Shown: positions 31,046 through 41,857, numbered from the stretch's first letter. The stretch: DNA of 64,000 nucleotides from Treponemataceae bacterium (GCA_963667725.2 CAXXHO010000005.1:32001-96000); one strand, 5' to 3'. The notes: generated by a model from the sequence alone, not told the origin. Program-made: numbers and translations.

Positions 31046-32043
31046 AGCTCCACCGGCTTTCCGCGCTGCTTCAATGACTGACAAGCTGCTTCCAGAATGC
31101 GGACCACGCCCAGCCCCGCGCAGCCATCGTTGAAGGGAGTCTGGTTTCTCTCGACACACTCGACGAAATACTTCGCTTCGGCCTTCAACGCTTCGCCTTG
31201 CTCCACCTTCGGGATCCACACATCCCCGGAGCGGTAGCTCACTAGCAGGTCGTAAATACCGTGGCCGTTGGCAATGTCGACGCCTTTGTCGTAGACCTTG
31301 ACCTTCTCGTCCGCTTCCAGATCGTTCCAGACCACCATCTTCTTTTCGCCGCCGATCAGCGTGGTCCGCACCTTCACCGGAGAGAGCCAGTTCACGTTGA
31401 TGTGCGCCAGCATGCGGTCCTTGAAATAGACGGTGATGTAGGCCATGTCCTCGAGGCCGTTCAAATGGCTCTGGCCGGTCGCCGCTACGGCCTCTGGCTC
31501 AGCATCGAGGAGATAGTTCATGATCGAAAGGTCGTGCGGGGCCAAGTCCCAGACCACGTTCACGTCGTGCTGGAACAACCCCAGGTTCACACGCGTGGAG
31601 TCGTAGTAGTAAAGCTTGCCCAGAACGCCGTCGTCCACCAGTTGCCGGATCTTCCTGACAGCCCCGGTAAACAGGAACGTGTGGTCTACCATGATCCGCA
31701 GGTTCTTGCTCAGGGCCAGGTCAATCAATTCCGAGGCCTGATCCGCAGTCGATGTGAAAGGCTTTTCAACAAAGACATGCTTGCCGTTTTCAAGGGCCGC
31801 TTTGGCCAGCTCGAAGTGGGTCCAGACAGGCGTAATCACCGCGACCGCGTCGATCACGGAGGACCGGAGAACCTCCGACACATCGCTGGTGGTCCGGACA
31901 CCAGGATGGTTCTTGCCGGCGCGGGAGAGCGCGGCAGGGTTGGAATCGCATACCACGGCCAGCTCACAACCCTCAGCGGAGTGAAAATTGCGGGCCACAA
32001 CAGGCCCCCAGTAGCCGTAGCCGATCACACCTACACGAATCAT
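31042..32043 (-). CDS. Gfo/Idh/MocA NAD-dependent oxidoreductase (WbpB-like)
   Basis: IGYGYWG, HVFVEKP and WDLAPHD. Confidence 0.9.
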   Translation of the reverse strand: MIRVGVIGYGYWGPVVARNFHSAEGCELAVVCDSNPAALSRAGKNHPGVRTTSDVSEVLRSSVIDAVAVITPVWTHFELAKAALENGKHVFVEKPFTSTADQASELIDLALSKNLRIMVDHTFLFTGAVRKIRQLVDDGVLGKLYYYDSTRVNLGLFQHDVNVVWDLAPHDLSIMNYLLDAEPEAVAATGQSHLNGLEDMAYITVYFKDRMLAHINVNWLSPVKVRTTLIGGEKKMVVWNDLEADEKVKVYDKGVDIANGHGIYDLLVSYRSGDVWIPKVEQGEALKAEAKYFVECVERNQTPFNDGCAGLGVVRILEAACQSLKQRGKPVEL

Positions 32044-32055
32044 GATTCTTCGTAT

Positions 32056-33288
32056 CTAGCGGGCACCGTTGGCGGTCAGAACGGCCGCAGGCGTCTGTAG
32101 CAGGATCTTGAGATCTAACCAGAGCGACCACGACTGTGCGTACCGCAGATCCAGCCGCACCATGTCGTCAAACTTGACCCTGCTGCGTCCCTCGACCTGC
32201 CACAGACCGGTGATTCCAGGCTTTGCAGCCAGCAAACGCGCCCTGTGCCAGGTGCTATAAACTGCCGCCTCATACGGAATCGGCGGCCGAGGCCCTACCA
32301 GCGACATTTCCCCTTTCAGCACATTCAGGAATTGTGGAATCTCATCAAGGCTCGTCTTCCGCAGAAACCGGCCGATCGGCGTAACGCGTGTATCCGCGGT
32401 CAGCTTATAGCAGGCCTGTTCATCTGCGTCTTGCTCGCAGCCCTCCGCCCCCGCGATGAACTGCTTCACATACTCGCGGTGAACCGTAGGGTCGTTATTC
32501 ACATACATCGAGCGGAATTTCAAGAACGTGAACTTCTTCCCGTATTGGCCGAGCCGCGGTTGGCGAAAGAAGACCGGCCCCTTCGAGGTGAGCTTGATGC
32601 AAAGAGCGATGGCGATTAGCAACGGCGCGCCTGCCAGCAATGCTACCGCGCTGCCCGCGACATCCATGAACCGCTTCGCTCCAAGAGCCGCGCGATTGGG
32701 GGCTGTGTTGTGGAGCAGGGTGTCGTAGAGCGTCGCTTCGATTCCACCGGATGGGCCTTCATCGTCCCAGTCTTCCGGAAACACGTAGAACGAGAGGTGA
32801 ATCTCGTTAATCTGCTTGATCGTGAGCGTACTGGCAAGCGCCTTCGAAACCTTGGTCAGAAGTGCGCTGGCGACGGATTTCCCATCCTTGTTCGCGCCCA
32901 GTTCGGTAAAGATGACCCCGACCACCGATCCATCCCGATACCAGCCCGTGATGTCGGTATCCCTGGTGGAACTGGAGAGAGCCTTCAGAACCTGGAGAGC
33001 TTGGCCTCCCTCATCCGACTTCAGCAACCTCTCGGATTCGAGCAGCATGAGGACAAAGCCCCTTTCGGATCGCTCTGCTCTCTTGCGTTCCACGTACAAC
33101 ATCCGCATGAATGTCTCTTGTGCGAGAATTCCGCGGGATCCCAGCGAGATTGCACCTGGATCGGCCGCCGAATGCGCATTCCTTCGGGGACTTCGAAATG
33201 GTCGGGCTGTTGTGCTCATGCTTTCACCTGCGACAGGCTCACGGAACGGGGTTGGGAGGGAAACTGCGTTTGCTGCTCCGCCACTCAC
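32056..33288 (-). CDS. Priming polyprenyl-phosphate sugar phosphotransferase (bacterial sugar transferase)
   Basis: KRFMD, KFRSM, RVTPIGRFLRKTSLDEIPQFLNVLKGEMSLVGPRP and KPGITGLWQV. Confidence 0.92.
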   Translation of the reverse strand: MSGGAANAVSLPTPFREPVAGESMSTTARPFRSPRRNAHSAADPGAISLGSRGILAQETFMRMLYVERKRAERSERGFVLMLLESERLLKSDEGGQALQVLKALSSSTRDTDITGWYRDGSVVGVIFTELGANKDGKSVASALLTKVSKALASTLTIKQINEIHLSFYVFPEDWDDEGPSGGIEATLYDTLLHNTAPNRAALGAKRFMDVAGSAVALLAGAPLLIAIALCIKLTSKGPVFFRQPRLGQYGKKFTFLKFRSMYVNNDPTVHREYVKQFIAGAEGCEQDADEQACYKLTADTRVTPIGRFLRKTSLDEIPQFLNVLKGEMSLVGPRPPIPYEAAVYSTWHRARLLAAKPGITGLWQVEGRSRVKFDDMVRLDLRYAQSWSLWLDLKILLQTPAAVLTANGAR

Positions 33289-33292
33289 ACCT

Positions 33293-33886
33293 CTACGCGG
33301 GTGTGTTCGATGCGGTGCGAAGAGCCGTCTGATTGGGGATCCGGAGTGCAGCGTAGCGTCGGTCGCCTCCGAGCGGCGTCACCCACTCGCGCTCGATCTC
33401 TACCGCCATCGAGCGTTGCAGAAGCGTTACCGATACTACGATGCGATTCTCTTTTTTGCTTTCGACGAAGATGCCTTCTATGCCTGCGAGAGGCCCGCTT
33501 TCCACGCGAACTGACTCGCCGGCCTCCAGGTATTCCCACGGCTCCACCATGAGACCCGAATTGACGGCAGTCCGGATCGCCGCGATTTCCGCGTCCTCGA
33601 TCGGCGCCGGGATCTTCCCGATTCCAACAAATTCGATCGCACCCGGGATTGTCAGAATGGGCAAACGGTGGCGCGGATCGAGATGACAGAAGACGTATCC
33701 AGGGAATAGAGGCAACTCGACGGACTTCTTGCGATCCGACCAACGATGGATAGAACGATAAAGCGGCAGGAACTCTTCAAAACCCTTGTTTCGGGCGCAT
33801 GTTGCGACGAGTTTTTCTGCCCGGGATCTTACCCGGAGTGCATACCAGCTACAGGAAACACCTTCCCCCACTTCTTCGGAGTTCAT
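33293..33886 (-). CDS. NusG-paralog transcription antiterminator (RfaH/UpxY-like)
   Basis: NGN domain WYALRVRSRAEK...PLFPGYVF and KOW motif GESVRVESGPLAGIEG. Likely start is ATG 33886. Confidence 0.9.
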   Translation of the reverse strand: MNSEEVGEGVSCSWYALRVRSRAEKLVATCARNKGFEEFLPLYRSIHRWSDRKKSVELPLFPGYVFCHLDPRHRLPILTIPGAIEFVGIGKIPAPIEDAEIAAIRTAVNSGLMVEPWEYLEAGESVRVESGPLAGIEGIFVESKKENRIVVSVTLLQRSMAVEIEREWVTPLGGDRRYAALRIPNQTALRTASNTPA

Positions 33887-33914
33887 ATTCCTGCCTTTGC
33901 TTTCGTCGTCCGCA

Positions 33915-33926
33915 CAGGCTACCGCC
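33915..33926 (-). promoter_or_regulatory. ops (operon polarity suppressor) element
   Basis: The minus strand reads GGCGGTAGCCTG, matching the consensus GGCGGTAGnnTG. It lies ~30 nt upstream of the NusG-paralog start. Confidence 0.7.
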
Positions 33927-34359
33927 CTTTTAGTCCCATCAGGCATTTCCTTACATGGGCGGAAGGTGCTCAATTTTGTCGAATCCGGCGCGGAAAGTTG
34001 CAGTTCAGATGCCACATCGTCATCGACACTAACTGCTTTTGAATAAGTGCGTTACATCCGTCTTTGGAATACGAAACAATGGGCGTCCGGGGAACGGTCC
34101 AATCAGAAACCGGCGAAAGTAAAGGCAAATCAGGCCTGAATGGCGGGTTTTTGATGGAGTCGTAACGGGTATTCCAAAAGAGTGGGATTGGAAAGCGTGG
34201 CTTTCGGCAAAACGCAGAAAAACGTTCGGCACTCCGCGGTCATTTGAGGCCCAAAGATCCAATCGCCCGGCGGCGCTTTAACTTTCGATAGGACCGGTTT
34301 GTCTACTATTTTCCATATAGATATGAATTTACTAGTACTACTACACTGTGCTCATTGCA

Positions 34360-37300
34360 ATGGGACTAATATCGTTAGGCTCTCGCTTTTCCCAGCGCCT
34401 CGGTTTTCTCGCGCTGGCCCTGTTCGGAAGCATCTGCTGGGGACAGACAACACTCTCGCTCGCATCGGGTTCCGGTGTACAAGGAGGCCCTGTAAACGTC
34501 AATCTGTCGTTTAATGACGCCTCCTCTCAACAGGTCTCGGGCCTTCAATGGACCTTCACCTATCCGTCCTCCAGCATCTCGGCCATCAGCGTGACAGCTT
34601 CCTCCAGCCTGACCAGTGGCGGCAAGTCGATCACATGTAACGCCGGAACGGGAACCTATCAGTGCATCGCAATCGGGTTAAATCAGAATGTCGTCCCGAA
34701 TGGGGTGATCGCCTCAGTGCAGTTCACGCTGTCGGCCAGCGCGTCGACTTCGACAGTCGGAATCAGTAACGCGCTGGGCACATCCACCACGGGGAACGCG
34801 GTCAATCTGGCGGCAACGGGAGGAACGATCACGGTCACAGCACCGCCTCCGGCCGCCACCCCGACCGCCCTGGCCTGCTCACCGACATCGCTGACGTCCA
34901 GCACCGCATCGACCTGTACCGTAACGATCTCCCAGACGGCGCCCACAGGTGGCATAGCCGTCACGGTGGCAGACGACAACAGCGTGCTCACTACACCGGC
35001 TTCTGTCACCGTCGCTGCGGGCGCCACCACAGCGACCTTCTCCGCCACCGCCGGCACAATCGCCTCCAATCAGACCGCGAATGTCACCGCGTCCCTGAAC
35101 GGCACCACAAAGTCCGCGGCAATCTCTCTGGTTGCTCCGGCAACCTTGAGTTCCCTGGCCTGCTCGCCCACGTCTCTGACGGCTGGCGCGGCCTCGACCT
35201 GCACGGTCACGATTTCTCAGGCGGCACCTGCCGGCGGCGCGGCCGTTACGGTATCGGACGACAGCAGTGTGCTCACCACGCCTTCCTCCGTGACAGTAGC
35301 AGCCGGGGCCATCACCGCGACCTTCTCCGCTACGGCCGGGACCATCGCCTCCAGTCAAACCGCGAACATCAGTGCCACTCTCAACGGATCCACAAAAACC
35401 GCGGCGATTTCCCTCGTGCCTGCGACCATCACTTCCCTGGCCTGCTCACCGACATCTCTAACATCCAGCACCGCCTCCACTTGCACGGTCACGATTTCCC
35501 AGAACGCACCCACCGGCGGTATTGCCGTCACTCTCGCTGACGACAATAGCGTGCTCACTACGCCCGCTTCCCTCAACGTCGCTGCGGGTGCATCCACCGC
35601 AACCTTCTCTGCTACCGCCGGGACCATTGCCTCCAATCAGACGGCGAACATCACGGCAACACTGAATGGCTCCACAAAATCCGCCGCGATCTCTCTGGTT
35701 GCTCCGGCAACCCTGACTTCCCTGGCCTGCTCGCCCACGTCTCTGACGGCTAGTACTTCTTCCACCTGCACAGTAATAATCTCCCAGGCCGCTCCGACGG
35801 GTGGCTCAGCCGTTACGCTGTCCGACGACAGCACCGCGCTCACTACACCAGCCTCCGTCACCGTCGCCGCAGGTGCCACCACAGCCACGTTCTCCGCCGC
35901 CGCCGGCTCGATTACGTCCAGTCAGACGGCGAACATCACCGCTACCCTCAACGGATCGACGAAATCCGCGGCACTCTCCCTCGTACCGGCAACCCTGAGT
36001 TCCCTCGCCTGTGCGCCCACATCGCTGACGTCCAGCACCGCGTCGACCTGTACCGTCACAATCTCCCAGACGGCGCCTACCGGCGGCATTGCGGCCGCGT
36101 TGACCAGCGACAACGGCACGCTCTCTACCCCGGCTTCCGTTACGGTCGCTGCGGGGGCGTCCACGGCAGCTTTCTCCGCCACAGCAGGCGCTATCGCCTC
36201 CAACCAAACCGCGAACGTTACTGCCACGCTCAACGGCTCTACAAAATCCGCCGCGATCTCTCTGGTAGCCCCCGCGACCCTGACTTCCCTGGCCTGTTCG
36301 CCGACATCTCTGAGTTCCAGCACGTCCTCTACCTGCACGGTCACAATTTCCCAGGCCGCACCCACCGGCGGTATTGCCGTCCCTCTCGCTGGCGACAATA
36401 GCGTGCTCAATACACCCGCTTCCGTCAACGTCGCTGCGGGTGCATCCACCGCAACTTTCTCTGTCACCGCCGGGACGATCGCCTCCAACCAGACCGCGAA
36501 CGTCACCGCCACGCTCAACGGCTCTACAAAATCGGCCGCCATCTCCCTGGTGGCGCCGGCAAACCTGACTTCCCTGGCCTGCTCACCCACTTCTCTGACG
36601 TCCAACGGATCGTCAACCTGCACGGTGACGTTGTCCCAGGCCGCCCCCACCGGCGGTTCAGCGGTCACCCTTGCTGACGACAGCAGCGTGCTCAATACCC
36701 CGGCCTCCGTGACCGTAGCCGCAAACGCGACCACCGCGACCTTCTCCGTCACCGCCGGTTCCATCCCGTCCAATCAGATGGCAAACGTCACCGCCACCCT
36801 GAACGGCTCCACCAAATCCGCGGCTGTCTCCCTGGCGGCTCCGACACTGACTTCCCTGGCCTGCTCGCCCGCATCCCTCGGGTCGAACGATTCGGCCACC
36901 TGCACCGTGACCCTGACCATGGCGCCAACCGCGGCCGCCACCATCGCCCTCTCGTCCGATAGCAGCTCCGTCACCGTGCCGCAATCCGTAATCGTAGCCG
37001 CCGGTTCCACTTCCGCGACCTTCGCGGCCACCACTTCGATGAATCCGGCCGCGCAGAAGGTCACGTTGACCGCAACCCTCGCGGGCGTCTCGGTAACCAC
37101 TGCGGAAACGGTTGCCCCTAGCCCCGTAAAGCTGACTGTCGGCCCCGGACAGACCTACACGAAACCGTGCCAGGCCTTCGCTGCCGTACCGGATGGCTCT
37201 ACCATCCAGATCGATGCGGCGGGCGATTATTCGGGCGATGTCTGCGCCATTACAGCCAACAATCTGACCATTCAGGGCGTGAACGGCCGCGCCAAAATCG

Positions 37301-39960
37301 ATGCGGCTGGCAATAACGCGCAGGGCAAGGGCATCTGGGTCATTCAGGGCAGCAACACCACCGTCGAAAACATCGAATTCAGCGGCGCCACCGTTCCCGA
37401 TCACAACGGCGCGGGAATCCGCCAGGAAGGCCCCGGCCTGATCGTCCGGAACTGCTTCTTCCACAACAACGAAGAAGGCCTCCTCGCGGCCGCCAATTCG
37501 AGCGGCGAAATCCTGATTGAATACAGCGGGTTCGCTTACAACGGCTATGGCGACGGCGCTACGCACAACATCTACATCGGAACCGTCCCGAAGTTCACCC
37601 TGCAGTACAGCTATTCCAGCCATGCCAACGCCGGGCACCTGGTCAAATCGCGGGCCGTGCAGAACAACATCCTGTACAACCGCCTCACTTCGGAACTCAC
37701 CGGAACCACCAGCTATGAGCTGGACCTGCCCAACGGCGGCCAGTCTTTCGTAATCGGCAACGTCATCGAACAGGGACCCGGCGCTTCGAATTCCATTCTG
37801 TTCGCCTACCTCGAAGAGGGCGCCGTCCCCGAGGTCCCCAGCCAAGACCTCTTCGTCGTCAACAACACGTTCGTGAACGATGGACCCAGCGGTGTCTTCA
37901 TCAATATCGGAGCTGCCGCCACCACACCCGCCGTGATCAAGAACAATATCTTCTACGGACCGGGCACCGTCATATCGCAATCCAGCGCCGTTCAGGCCTC
38001 CAATCTGACGCAAATCCCGTTGTTCGTGGACAGCGCAAATTACGATTACCATCTCGCCACCGGTTCTCCGGCCATCGATGCCGGCGTGGCCGCGGGAACG
38101 GGCGATAGCGTTTCCCTCACCCCGGCCAACGAATATGTCCACCCGGCCTGCGGCGAGCAGAAGGGCATCGTAGGATCGGCAATCGATATTGGCGCCTTTG
38201 AATTCGGAAACCCCGGCGGTTCGCTTTCTTGCGGCGGCCGCCTGCCTGAGATGGCGCAGTTCACCGTCAGCCCGGCCACCGTTTCCGGCGGCAGCACCAG
38301 CACCGGAAGCGTGACCCTCTCGGCCGCGGCGCCTTCCGGCGGAATCGCGGTTGCTTTGAGCAGTTCGAATGGGAATGCCGCCGCAGTGCCGGCATCTGTC
38401 ACGGTCGCTGCCGGGAGCATGACCGCCACGTTTACAATTCAGACGTCGCAGGTGGCCGCCGCTACTCCGGTGACCATTTCCGCCACCTATGGAAGCCTCA
38501 CGCAGACGGCCAGCCTGACGGTCTCGGCCCCGTTGGTGACGGTTTCGTCTTTGGCTTGCAGCCCGACGAGCCTAGCTTCCGCCGCGCAGAGCACCTGCAC
38601 GATTACGATTTCCGCCGCCGCTCCGACCGGCGGCAGCAGCGTTGCGCTCAGCTCGAATAGCGGAGTGCTCGCAGTGCCCGCGAACGTCACGGTAGCAGCC
38701 GGGGCAACCTCGGCCACGTTCGCTGCCACCGCCGGTTCCATCGGGTCCAATCAAACCGCGACCGTTACGGCTTCGCTCAATGGCGGTTCCAAATCGGCCG
38801 TCATCTCGCTGACCGCTCCGGTGGCCGGCCTCAGCTCCCTGGCTTGCGCGCCCACTTCGCTGGCGTCGAATGCTGCGGCTACCTGCACGGTCACGATTTC
38901 CGCGGCAGCGCCGAGCAACGGCACGGTCGTCGCCCTCTCGGATAACAGCAGCGTGCTTTCGGTACCGGCGAGCGTCACCGTCGCTTCGGGTGCCACATCA
39001 GCCACGTTCTCCGCAACGGCGGGTTCGATCGGCTCCAATCAGACGGCGACAATTACCGCCACGCTCAACGGCAGTTCCAAAACGGCCGCAATCTCTCTGA
39101 CCGCCCCGGTAGCGGCGGCCCTCAGTTCCCTGGCCTGCTCGCCGACATCCCTGCCATCCGGTGCCTCGACCACCTGCACCGTCACCATCTCTGCGACCGC
39201 TGCCAGCAGCACGGCCATCACGCTGTCCGATGACAATAGCGTCCTCTCGACCCCGGTCTCCGTCACGGTCGCTGCCGGCGCAACTTCGGCCACCTTCACC
39301 GCAACGGCCGGCTCGGTCAGCTCCAATCAGACGGCGAACGTCACCGCAGCCCTGAACGGCACCACCAAATCCGCGGCAATCTCCCTGACGGCTCCTGTGG
39401 CGGGCCTCAGTTCCCTGGCCTGCTCGCCGACATCTCTGGCTCCAGGCGCCGCGACCACCTGCACCGTTACGCTCTCCGCAGCGGCTGCCACCAGCACGGC
39501 CATTACGCTGTCCGATAACAACAGCGCCCTCACGACTCCGCCTTCGGTCGCTATTGCTGCCGGTGCTACCTCGGCCACCTTCACCGCCACCGCGGGTTCA
39601 GTGTCCTCGTCTCAAACCGTGACGGTAACGGCTACTCTGGGTTCCACCAACAAGACATCCCAGGTCACCATCAACCCAGCGGTGTCTATCTCATTGACCG
39701 GCTTGAGCTGCACGCCCCAGAATATGCGTGCGGGTGGAAGGGGAACCTGCACCGTCACCCTTTCCGGTAATGCAACCGGAAGCGGTTTCCTGGTTTCGAT
39801 CAGCGCAACTCCGAGCACGACCATTTTGGTGCCCTCCTCGGTTCTGGTTCCGGCGGGTCGCAACTACGCGACATTCACGGTCACCGCATCGAGGTTCTAC
39901 ACCCAGGGGACGATTACCGCCACAGCGGGAAGCGTGACTCTGAACTTCGCGGTTCGCTGA
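34360..39960 (+). CDS. Giant secreted surface protein: cohesin-like domain, ~14 Ig-like repeats (~95 aa, mostly with a Cys pair), central beta-helix domain
   Basis: Signal peptide. LQWTFTYP...GKSITC...YQC cohesin-like N-terminus. LACSPTSL...STCTVT repeats. Beta-helix GKGIWVIQG...NGAGIRQEG...HLVKSRA...DIGAFE. Confidence 0.85.
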   Translation: MGLISLGSRFSQRLGFLALALFGSICWGQTTLSLASGSGVQGGPVNVNLSFNDASSQQVSGLQWTFTYPSSSISAISVTASSSLTSGGKSITCNAGTGTYQCIAIGLNQNVVPNGVIASVQFTLSASASTSTVGISNALGTSTTGNAVNLAATGGTITVTAPPPAATPTALACSPTSLTSSTASTCTVTISQTAPTGGIAVTVADDNSVLTTPASVTVAAGATTATFSATAGTIASNQTANVTASLNGTTKSAAISLVAPATLSSLACSPTSLTAGAASTCTVTISQAAPAGGAAVTVSDDSSVLTTPSSVTVAAGAITATFSATAGTIASSQTANISATLNGSTKTAAISLVPATITSLACSPTSLTSSTASTCTVTISQNAPTGGIAVTLADDNSVLTTPASLNVAAGASTATFSATAGTIASNQTANITATLNGSTKSAAISLVAPATLTSLACSPTSLTASTSSTCTVIISQAAPTGGSAVTLSDDSTALTTPASVTVAAGATTATFSAAAGSITSSQTANITATLNGSTKSAALSLVPATLSSLACAPTSLTSSTASTCTVTISQTAPTGGIAAALTSDNGTLSTPASVTVAAGASTAAFSATAGAIASNQTANVTATLNGSTKSAAISLVAPATLTSLACSPTSLSSSTSSTCTVTISQAAPTGGIAVPLAGDNSVLNTPASVNVAAGASTATFSVTAGTIASNQTANVTATLNGSTKSAAISLVAPANLTSLACSPTSLTSNGSSTCTVTLSQAAPTGGSAVTLADDSSVLNTPASVTVAANATTATFSVTAGSIPSNQMANVTATLNGSTKSAAVSLAAPTLTSLACSPASLGSNDSATCTVTLTMAPTAAATIALSSDSSSVTVPQSVIVAAGSTSATFAATTSMNPAAQKVTLTATLAGVSVTTAETVAPSPVKLTVGPGQTYTKPCQAFAAVPDGSTIQIDAAGDYSGDVCAITANNLTIQGVNGRAKIDAAGNNAQGKGIWVIQGSNTTVENIEFSGATVPDHNGAGIRQEGPGLIVRNCFFHNNEEGLLAAANSSGEILIEYSGFAYNGYGDGATHNIYIGTVPKFTLQYSYSSHANAGHLVKSRAVQNNILYNRLTSELTGTTSYELDLPNGGQSFVIGNVIEQGPGASNSILFAYLEEGAVPEVPSQDLFVVNNTFVNDGPSGVFINIGAAATTPAVIKNNIFYGPGTVISQSSAVQASNLTQIPLFVDSANYDYHLATGSPAIDAGVAAGTGDSVSLTPANEYVHPACGEQKGIVGSAIDIGAFEFGNPGGSLSCGGRLPEMAQFTVSPATVSGGSTSTGSVTLSAAAPSGGIAVALSSSNGNAAAVPASVTVAAGSMTATFTIQTSQVAAATPVTISATYGSLTQTASLTVSAPLVTVSSLACSPTSLASAAQSTCTITISAAAPTGGSSVALSSNSGVLAVPANVTVAAGATSATFAATAGSIGSNQTATVTASLNGGSKSAVISLTAPVAGLSSLACAPTSLASNAAATCTVTISAAAPSNGTVVALSDNSSVLSVPASVTVASGATSATFSATAGSIGSNQTATITATLNGSSKTAAISLTAPVAAALSSLACSPTSLPSGASTTCTVTISATAASSTAITLSDDNSVLSTPVSVTVAAGATSATFTATAGSVSSNQTANVTAALNGTTKSAAISLTAPVAGLSSLACSPTSLAPGAATTCTVTLSAAAATSTAITLSDNNSALTTPPSVAIAAGATSATFTATAGSVSSSQTVTVTATLGSTNKTSQVTINPAVSISLTGLSCTPQNMRAGGRGTCTVTLSGNATGSGFLVSISATPSTTILVPSSVLVPAGRNYATFTVTASRFYTQGTITATAGSVTLNFAVR

Positions 39961-40103
39961 ACGCCACTACTGCTCTCGCAGCCCGGTCAGTGCCTGGAAA
40001 AGCCGCGCCGCGAGCGTGAGCCAGTAGGGCCCCACCAGTAAGAGGAGGCGCTAAGGACATAACGAGTGCGGACAGGCTACAATGATTTGCGGGACACATA
40101 CCT

Positions 40104-41144
40104 ATGCAAGCCGAAACCGTCGGACTGCCCGTTCTTCCGCCCTTGGATGCCAGAATTCCAACGTGGTCGCTGGACAAGCTCGAACTTAGACAATGTCCCT
40201 TGTGCCGCAGTAACAATCATCCCTCACTTGCGCGCCCTGATCGCCTTGGCATTGCTTTCTGTGGAAAATGCCAGCTATGGTACGTTTCCTGCCTCCCGTG
40301 CCTGGAGGAGATACGGAAACTTTATCAGGGCTACTGGTTTTCGTTCAGGCCCAAGGATCTCTCGAAGTCGTATGCGACCCGTCTCCAGTCAGACATGGCG
40401 TTGGGCAAGAACGACATCCGGTTGAATCGCCTGTCCGCACTCTGCAAGGGTTTAGAAGGCAAACAGCTTCTGGAGATCGGATGTGGTTGTGGTGAGTTGT
40501 TGGTTACCGCTCGACATCGAGGCTCTGCTGTTGTTGGCAACGACATCTCACAGGAGGCTTGCTCTTTTGTCCGCGATCTACTACAAATCCCAGTCTGCCC
40601 CGGCGAGCTGTGCGATTCGCAGTTCACCAGTCAATTCGGTCAGATGGACGTAGTTGTTATGAGTGATCTAATCGAGCATCCAGTCGAACCGCTTCGCACA
40701 TTAGAGTCTGCCTTGAACGTACTGAAACCAGGTGGTCTCCTACTAATTCTTACACCCAATGGAGGCGAGGCCTCAGATAATCTCCAATGCGCGAAAGAAT
40801 GGGTCGGATTTCGCGTGGATTTGGAACACCTTCAATATCTGTCCGCCGCAACCATTTTTACCCTTGCCTATCGGTATGACTGCCGAATTGAGCACTTGGA
40901 GACATTCGGCTATCCGTGGCTGGAAGGTATTGACCGCCTTCCTACTGAGAGCGGTGCCGCCTTACAATCAGTAAAAGACCGCATCAGGGCAAAATTCAGG
41001 AAGTCCAACCTCGCTCGAAGGAGTGTCCGTGCTATCCATGCGTTTCTTAATACTACACGGGAAGAACAGCGTGATCCTCGATTGGGAACGTACCACCTAA
41101 TCACGATTCTCCGAAAGATGGGATCTGGCCGCGAAATCCCGTGA
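40104..41144 (+). CDS. Class I SAM methyltransferase with N-terminal Zn-ribbon
   Basis: CPLC...CGKC, LLEIGCGCG, DLIEH and LKPGG. Confidence 0.88.
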   Translation: MQAETVGLPVLPPLDARIPTWSLDKLELRQCPLCRSNNHPSLARPDRLGIAFCGKCQLWYVSCLPCLEEIRKLYQGYWFSFRPKDLSKSYATRLQSDMALGKNDIRLNRLSALCKGLEGKQLLEIGCGCGELLVTARHRGSAVVGNDISQEACSFVRDLLQIPVCPGELCDSQFTSQFGQMDVVVMSDLIEHPVEPLRTLESALNVLKPGGLLLILTPNGGEASDNLQCAKEWVGFRVDLEHLQYLSAATIFTLAYRYDCRIEHLETFGYPWLEGIDRLPTESGAALQSVKDRIRAKFRKSNLARRSVRAIHAFLNTTREEQRDPRLGTYHLITILRKMGSGREIP

Positions 41145-41249
41145 TTCTTTGGGAACTCAGTGACTATATGTCAGCGCCGGTGGCGAAAATCCCGATAGTG
41201 CGGATCGATAATTCCCTTCCCCAGACAATGCGAAGTTGTTGCAGCCAAC

Positions 41250-41372
41250 GGCACGGTGTAGCGTGGCGCTGCGTTGCAGATGGCGGAGCGGATGCCGGGC
41301 GACGGCCTGGTGACGCTGGCCGGAGACAAAGGCTACGACACGAAAGACTTCGTTGCCGAGTTGCGGCAGGGC
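41250..41372 (+). pseudogene. IS5-family transposase fragment
   Basis: VTLAGDKGYDTKDFVAELR matches GADKGYDTRDFVNTAR of the intact IS5 in this window. No full ORF or termini. Confidence 0.7.
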
Positions 41373-41492
41373 CAAGCCAGAGCGGGAAATATCGGAGCCA
41401 TAGCTGCATATTGGGATAGTGCGTTAGCGCTGCCCATCCCGTCACCTCAGGCGAGGAAAGATAAACACACCTCAGAGACAGGACACTCAGCT

Positions 41493-41711
41493 CTAGCGGG
41501 CTGCGGACATCCGGGAGGCACCCGGGGCAGATTGGATGGCGAGAATTTCGAGCGATCTCAGCGAAAACACTTCCTGGAAACCGCTGGTCGGGTCGGTCAT
41601 CGTCAAACCGGTGCGGTTATCCAGGCTGATGCGGGAGGCTTGCCGGACACGCACACGGCCCTGATCTCCCTGCCTGAATTTCAGTACGAGATTTGCGGTT
41701 TCTCCCGACAT
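41493..41711 (-). CDS. Small hypothetical protein (72 aa)
   Basis: GAGGAAA RBS upstream of ATG. Protein-like composition. Downstream of the cohesin gene on the same strand. Confidence 0.5.
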   Translation of the reverse strand: MSGETANLVLKFRQGDQGRVRVRQASRISLDNRTGLTMTDPTSGFQEVFSLRSLEILAIQSAPGASRMSAAR

Positions 41712-41857
41712 TCATTTCCTCGCTCAAAGACCATGTGTGCCTATGGGCGAATTGTTCTCACGTGTTTTTTCAGTATTAGCCCGGAACCTAGATCCAGCAA
41801 TACTAGCGATAGTTAACTTCACCCCACGGATTCAGGGGTAGCGCACACTATCTCTTC

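Noticed and set aside
36658..38142. 494-aa antisense ORF
   Set aside because: Shadow of a high-GC coding strand, with no recognisable motifs.
41169..41222. Possible IS21-like terminus (TGTCAGCGCCGG...AAAATCCC...AATTCCC)
   Set aside because: No partner end or istA/istB remnant is visible, and the resemblance is too weak.
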